From the NCBI GenBank assembly GCA_033763905.1, contig JANRJP010000123.1, positions 1 through 50,884 on the forward strand: a stretch of DNA of 50,884 nt, read 5' to 3'. The notes beneath the pieces were generated by a model. It saw nothing but the letters and a program-made list of their open reading frames with translations. It had not been told where the DNA came from and searched no databases. Below are positions 48,201-50,884 of the stretch, one piece after another. Position numbers and translations under genes: made by a program. This DNA comes from Gemmatimonadaceae bacterium (GTDB lineage: Bacteria; Gemmatimonadota; Gemmatimonadetes; Gemmatimonadales; Gemmatimonadaceae). The stretch's first letter is position 1, and every line of letters starts with the position of its first letter.

Positions 48201-48472
48201 CCGCCCGCATTGTCGGTGCGCCACAGGCCGCCGCCGGTGAAGCCGGCGAAGTAGGTCAGCGGCTGATTGGGGATGCCTGCCACGGTCACGGCGCGCCCGC
48301 CGCGCGAGGGGCCGACATTGCGCCAGCGCAGCGCGCGGAGCGACGCGGAATCAAACGCGGCTGCAGGCGCCGGCGCGGCCGCGGGGGCGGCGCGGCGGCC
48401 TTGCGCGGCCAGCACATCGGCCACGGTCGGTATGCACAGCAACGGTGCGGCGAGCAGGACGGACAGGCGCAT
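45296..48472 (-). CDS. Large secreted BNR/Asp-box beta-propeller protein (Vps10/sortilin-like)
   Basis: Signal peptide from ATG 48472; LRWRNVGP..GGR; about 11 S/T-x-D-x-G-x-T/S-W boxes; C-terminal Ig-like then helical segments. Confidence 0.9.
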   Translation of the reverse strand: MRLSVLLAAPLLCIPTVADVLAAQGRRAAPAAAPAPAAAFDSASLRALRWRNVGPSRGGRAVTVAGIPNQPLTYFAGFTGGGLWRTDNAGGSWRNISDGFFRTGSIGAIAVAPSDANVLYVGTGEHPIRGQSSSYGVGMYKSTDQGRTWKHIGLDATRQIAAVRVHPQNPDVIYVAAQGDRWKGSADRGVYRSTDGGATWTLVLKGLNEFSGANDLSMDATNPRILYAAFWDHQRVPWNVRSGGPGSGLWKSTDGGDTWTRLTEGLPSLMGKIGVSVSPANPDRVYAIVEAMRGGLYRSDDAGRSWRLLSEDRLIQTRSWYYMKVYADPQNADVVWVTNAPVLKSIDGGRTFAVVPATHGDNHSIWINPSDSRYMANANDGGASVSLDGGRSWSTQENQPTAQFYHVTVDDDFPYKLYSGQQDNSSVVIRSRGQGSIGSRDWWPTAGCESANIGVSARNPRYVFGGCYQGIINEIDHVTNLGRTIMAYPEMNLTEPTDKTKYRFNWTAPIVVSQHDDKVLYHGGNVLFRSTDRGQSWTNASPDLTKNDKTRQGWGGGPITNEGAGGEVYGTIFVIEESPHDAKTLYVGTDDGLVQLTRDGGATWTRVTPPVPDGLVNEIEVSPHDPGTVYVAFRTDRLGDPAPHVFKSTDFGKTWTRLVAGLRDGEPVRVVREDPVRAGLLYAGTETGVYVSTNGGQRWEPLPVRFPVVPVTDLEVRHGDLIASTEGRAFWILDDLSVLRQHAGAATTASAHLYQPRPTVVLEGDGGGFGGGGGPPGSGWRAGANPPSGARVFFRLAAAPDSATPVTIDVLDASGAVVRRVSTASRDSAQRYVARAGLNEWIWNLRREAPTTLRGIQLFGAPQGGGARVSAGTYTVRLTVGTQTLTTKLELLRDPRLDAPAEAVAARDAMANQLAMRIGEVHDAVVRVRDLKTQLSAAIARAADAPNVNAIRAAGRSVTAKLDGVEPQMTTKATNGQDIINYANGINGQIGFLLGQIEGNPVLTEGSRQRMGELEQQWTKLKAVLDAIERNDIPAFNKLLQDGKVDGVQVKGGKPAVM

Positions 48473-48566
48473 CACGGTCGGCCTCGGAAAGGGCGCGGGA
48501 GAAAGACTCTCCAATATTCGCCGCCGCGCACTTTTGCGCACCGCCCCGTCCGGGCAGAATTCGGAT

Positions 48567-49823
48567 ATGCCGACCATTCGTACGCGTCCGCTGGCAGGTG
48601 CGCTGGGCTTGGCCCTGGCGCTCGCGCTTGGCGTGACCACGCCGGTCGACGCGCAAGCCCGCCGCGCGGGGCCAAGCACCGGCCCTCGGGCGCGGCTGGT
48701 ACCGCCACCACCGCGATGCGAGTCGCCGGCTCGGATGCGGCTCGGCACGATCGATCCGCGGTTCGGCGTGTCGCCGGCAATGGCCGACAGTCTGGCCCGC
48801 GTGGCGATCGGATTGTGGCGGGATGGGACCGGGCGCGATGTGCTGGCACTCGGCGACTCGGGGGTACCGATCCACTTCGTGTACGACGCCCGATTCGAGA
48901 AGGAGCTGCAACGCCGCAGTGCGCTGACGGCGCTCACCGCGCACCGTAGCGACCTCGAACGCCAGCACGCTGCGTACGAAGCCGCCGTGGCGGTCTACGA
49001 CAGTATCGGGCGCGCGATCGATGCGGCGCACGCCGAGTACGCCGACAGCTCTCGCGCGTACGAGCGGCGCAACGCGGTCTACCTCGACGAGATCCGGAGC
49101 TATGAGACGATTCGCGATCAGTATCGCGCACGGCTGCAGGCGTATAACGCGTCGATGCAGCAGTACAACGACTCCGTGGCCGCGCACAACAACCGGGTCG
49201 TCGCCGCTCGAGGCGAGCAACCCCGCACGGCAGACGCCACGCTGGCCGTCAGCGCGCGCAAGCTCACCACCACCGCGGCCGAGTTGAGTGTGCGCGAGCG
49301 CGAACTCGCCGAGGAACGCGCCCGCGTCGAGGCGCGGTTCTCGGCGTTGGGCGAGCTGCAACGGCCGCTCGAGCTCAGCCGCGGTCAGCTCAAGACGATG
49401 CGTGAGTCGGTCAACGCCCGGGTGGGCGTCCACGCGACGATGCGTGCGGGGCTGCTGGCGCAGCGGTCGGCGGTGGAGGCCGAGCAACGCCGCGTGGGCG
49501 CGGAGACGGACGCGTACAACCGCCGCTTCGAAGTGCCCGCCGATAGCACGGGTGATCGCGTGGCGGGGCACTACGTCGTTGACGCCACCGCGGGCGCACA
49601 GATCGCCGTCTTCAGTTTTCGCGATGTGGATGATCTGGTGCTTGTGCTCGCGCACGAGATGGGACACGCGCTCGGGCTCGGCCACGCCGAGGATCCTGCC
49701 GCGGTGATGTATCGGCAGTCGACCGGCGCGCAGTCGCGCATGACGCTGGCGGACCGCACGCTGTTCGACACCCTGTGTTCTGGCGCCGCTGCGCCACCGT
49801 TGCCGCGCGGTCGCTCGCGGTGA
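48567..49823 (+). CDS. Matrixin-like (metzincin) metalloprotease with long coiled-coil insert
   Basis: Signal peptide; HEMGHALGLGH zinc motif; Met-turn AVMY; long A/R/E/Q/Y-rich helical region before the motif. Confidence 0.87.
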   Translation: MPTIRTRPLAGALGLALALALGVTTPVDAQARRAGPSTGPRARLVPPPPRCESPARMRLGTIDPRFGVSPAMADSLARVAIGLWRDGTGRDVLALGDSGVPIHFVYDARFEKELQRRSALTALTAHRSDLERQHAAYEAAVAVYDSIGRAIDAAHAEYADSSRAYERRNAVYLDEIRSYETIRDQYRARLQAYNASMQQYNDSVAAHNNRVVAARGEQPRTADATLAVSARKLTTTAAELSVRERELAEERARVEARFSALGELQRPLELSRGQLKTMRESVNARVGVHATMRAGLLAQRSAVEAEQRRVGAETDAYNRRFEVPADSTGDRVAGHYVVDATAGAQIAVFSFRDVDDLVLVLAHEMGHALGLGHAEDPAAVMYRQSTGAQSRMTLADRTLFDTLCSGAAAPPLPRGRSR

Positions 49824-49854
49824 AGGGCCCGCTCAACCTCAGGACGGAGTCGTG

Positions 49855-50766
49855 ATGCGTTTCTCTGCTGGTCTCTCGTATAGCTGGCGATGTGTGGTGG
49901 CGGTCTCGGGGTTGAGCGCCGTCTCGTCGCTCCCCGCGTTGGCGCAGATGCCGGCGATGGCTCCCGCGAGCGCACAGCGCTCGCCGCGCGCCGACAGTTT
50001 GCGCACCGCCAACCGCCTTGACTCGGACGGCAAGACGCGGGAGGCGCGCGAGATCTTTGCCGCGTTGATCGCCAGCGCGCCGGATGACGCGGCCCGCGCC
50101 GCGGCCCAGCGATCGATGGCGATGTCCTTTGCATTCGACGGCGACTGTCGCAATGCGATCAAGTACGAAGAGATGGTCATTGCCTACTGGAAGACCCGTG
50201 AGGCGGCGGAGCCGCAGAACGCGTTCTATCAACAGGGCGAAATGGCCAACGAAGCGGCTCGCGTCTGCATTGACGCGGGCGATCTCCGCCGAGCGGAGCA
50301 GTGGTATCGAAAGGGGCGCGAACTCGGCCTTCGCGAGCCGGAGCCGAAGAAGAATCCGGCCTCGCTGTGGGAGTACCGCACCGAGCACGCCCTGGCGCGT
50401 CTCGCCGCGCGGCGCGGCGACGCGGGCACGGCGGCGAAGCACGTGGCCGCCGCCCGGCAGTGGTTGGAGCGCGATACCGTGATGGCGGCACCGCAGCGGC
50501 GCTTCCTGCCCTACCTCGAAGGGTACGTCGCGTTGTACACCGGCGACCTGACGACGGCAGAGACCAAACTCAAGGAGGCGCTCGCCGCGCAGGGCAACCA
50601 GAACGATCCGTTCTTCCACTACCTGCTTGGCGAGACCTACGAGAAGCAGGGAAAGTCGGCGGAGGCGAAGGCGATGTTCCAGCTCGCCTACGACAAGGCC
50701 GCCGGCCATAATCCGCCGGCGGCCTTCACGCGCCCTGCGGCGCGCAAGAAGTTGTCGTCGAACTAG
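49855..50766 (+). CDS. Secreted TPR-like helical repeat protein
   Basis: AGGA and GGAG upstream; signal peptide; TPR-like FHYLLGETYEKQGKSAEAKAMFQLA; alternative GTG start at 49852. Confidence 0.8.
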   Translation: MRFSAGLSYSWRCVVAVSGLSAVSSLPALAQMPAMAPASAQRSPRADSLRTANRLDSDGKTREAREIFAALIASAPDDAARAAAQRSMAMSFAFDGDCRNAIKYEEMVIAYWKTREAAEPQNAFYQQGEMANEAARVCIDAGDLRRAEQWYRKGRELGLREPEPKKNPASLWEYRTEHALARLAARRGDAGTAAKHVAAARQWLERDTVMAAPQRRFLPYLEGYVALYTGDLTTAETKLKEALAAQGNQNDPFFHYLLGETYEKQGKSAEAKAMFQLAYDKAAGHNPPAAFTRPAARKKLSSN

Positions 50767-50884
50767 GGCGCGACGCCCGTCGTCGTCACCGTGATCGCGA
50801 TCGACGGATTCGACTGGACCGAGATGCGCAGCGAGTTGCTGCCCGGCGCCAACTGCCAGCCGCTCAGTTCAACGGATCCGTTCG
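50763..50884 (-). CDS. 3' end of a gene truncated by the window edge, possibly Ig-like domain
   Basis: Open frame ...NGSVELSGWQLAPGSNSLRISVQSNPSIAITVTTTGVAP then TAG overlapping the convergent stop (CTAG). Confidence 0.55.
   Translation of the reverse strand, partial: NGSVELSGWQLAPGSNSLRISVQSNPSIAITVTTTGVAP

Noticed and set aside
1..50884. CRISPR arrays, tRNA/rRNA, IS elements, REP family, known riboswitches, defence or toxin-antitoxin systems
   Set aside because: No periodic repeats or relevant protein motifs seen; the intergenic hairpins differ in sequence from each other; the XRE partner is a membrane protein with no recognisable toxin motif. An Rfam search was not possible

Overview
Gene-dense, very GC-rich (roughly 70% by eye) bacterial chromosomal segment with about 48 genes. 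Gene content and style suggest Gemmatimonadota, but this is an inference. I found no rRNA, tRNA, CRISPR array, integrase, transposase or phage gene. Main modules, in order: (1) a chemoreceptor with a His-rich membrane domain, a tandem-PDZ protein, and a TonB-dependent receptor preceded by tandem DtxR/MntR-type boxes; (2) an ABC-2 exporter and an S9 peptidase; (3) a probably leaderless operon of XRE regulator, small membrane protein, S41 protease and LolA-like protein; (4) a 14 kb carbohydrate/amine catabolic region with GH20, SDR, RibD-C, an AmiE-like serine hydrolase, a Tat-exported TIM-barrel protein, Gfo/Idh/MocA, DUF1080, a nucleoside-type MFS, a 36-aa small protein, SSS and APC transporters and an aldo-keto reductase-Rid fusion, which resembles non-hydrolytic 3-keto-glycoside cleavage loci; (5) a Cys-less HxlR regulator divergent from a DJ-1/PfpI gene; (6) a TetR-TolC-HlyD-ABC efflux operon of the ybhGFSR type; (7) a YcsG-like transporter with a DmpA peptidase, a patatin, an ECF sigma with RsrA-like anti-sigma, rsmD, MATE and a group II truncated globin; (8) a Vps10/BNR beta-propeller protein, a coiled-coil matrixin and a TPR protein. 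All calls come from reading motifs by eye, with no database searches. Many start codons were re-chosen relative to the ORF track using RBS, signal-peptide and stop/start overlap evidence.
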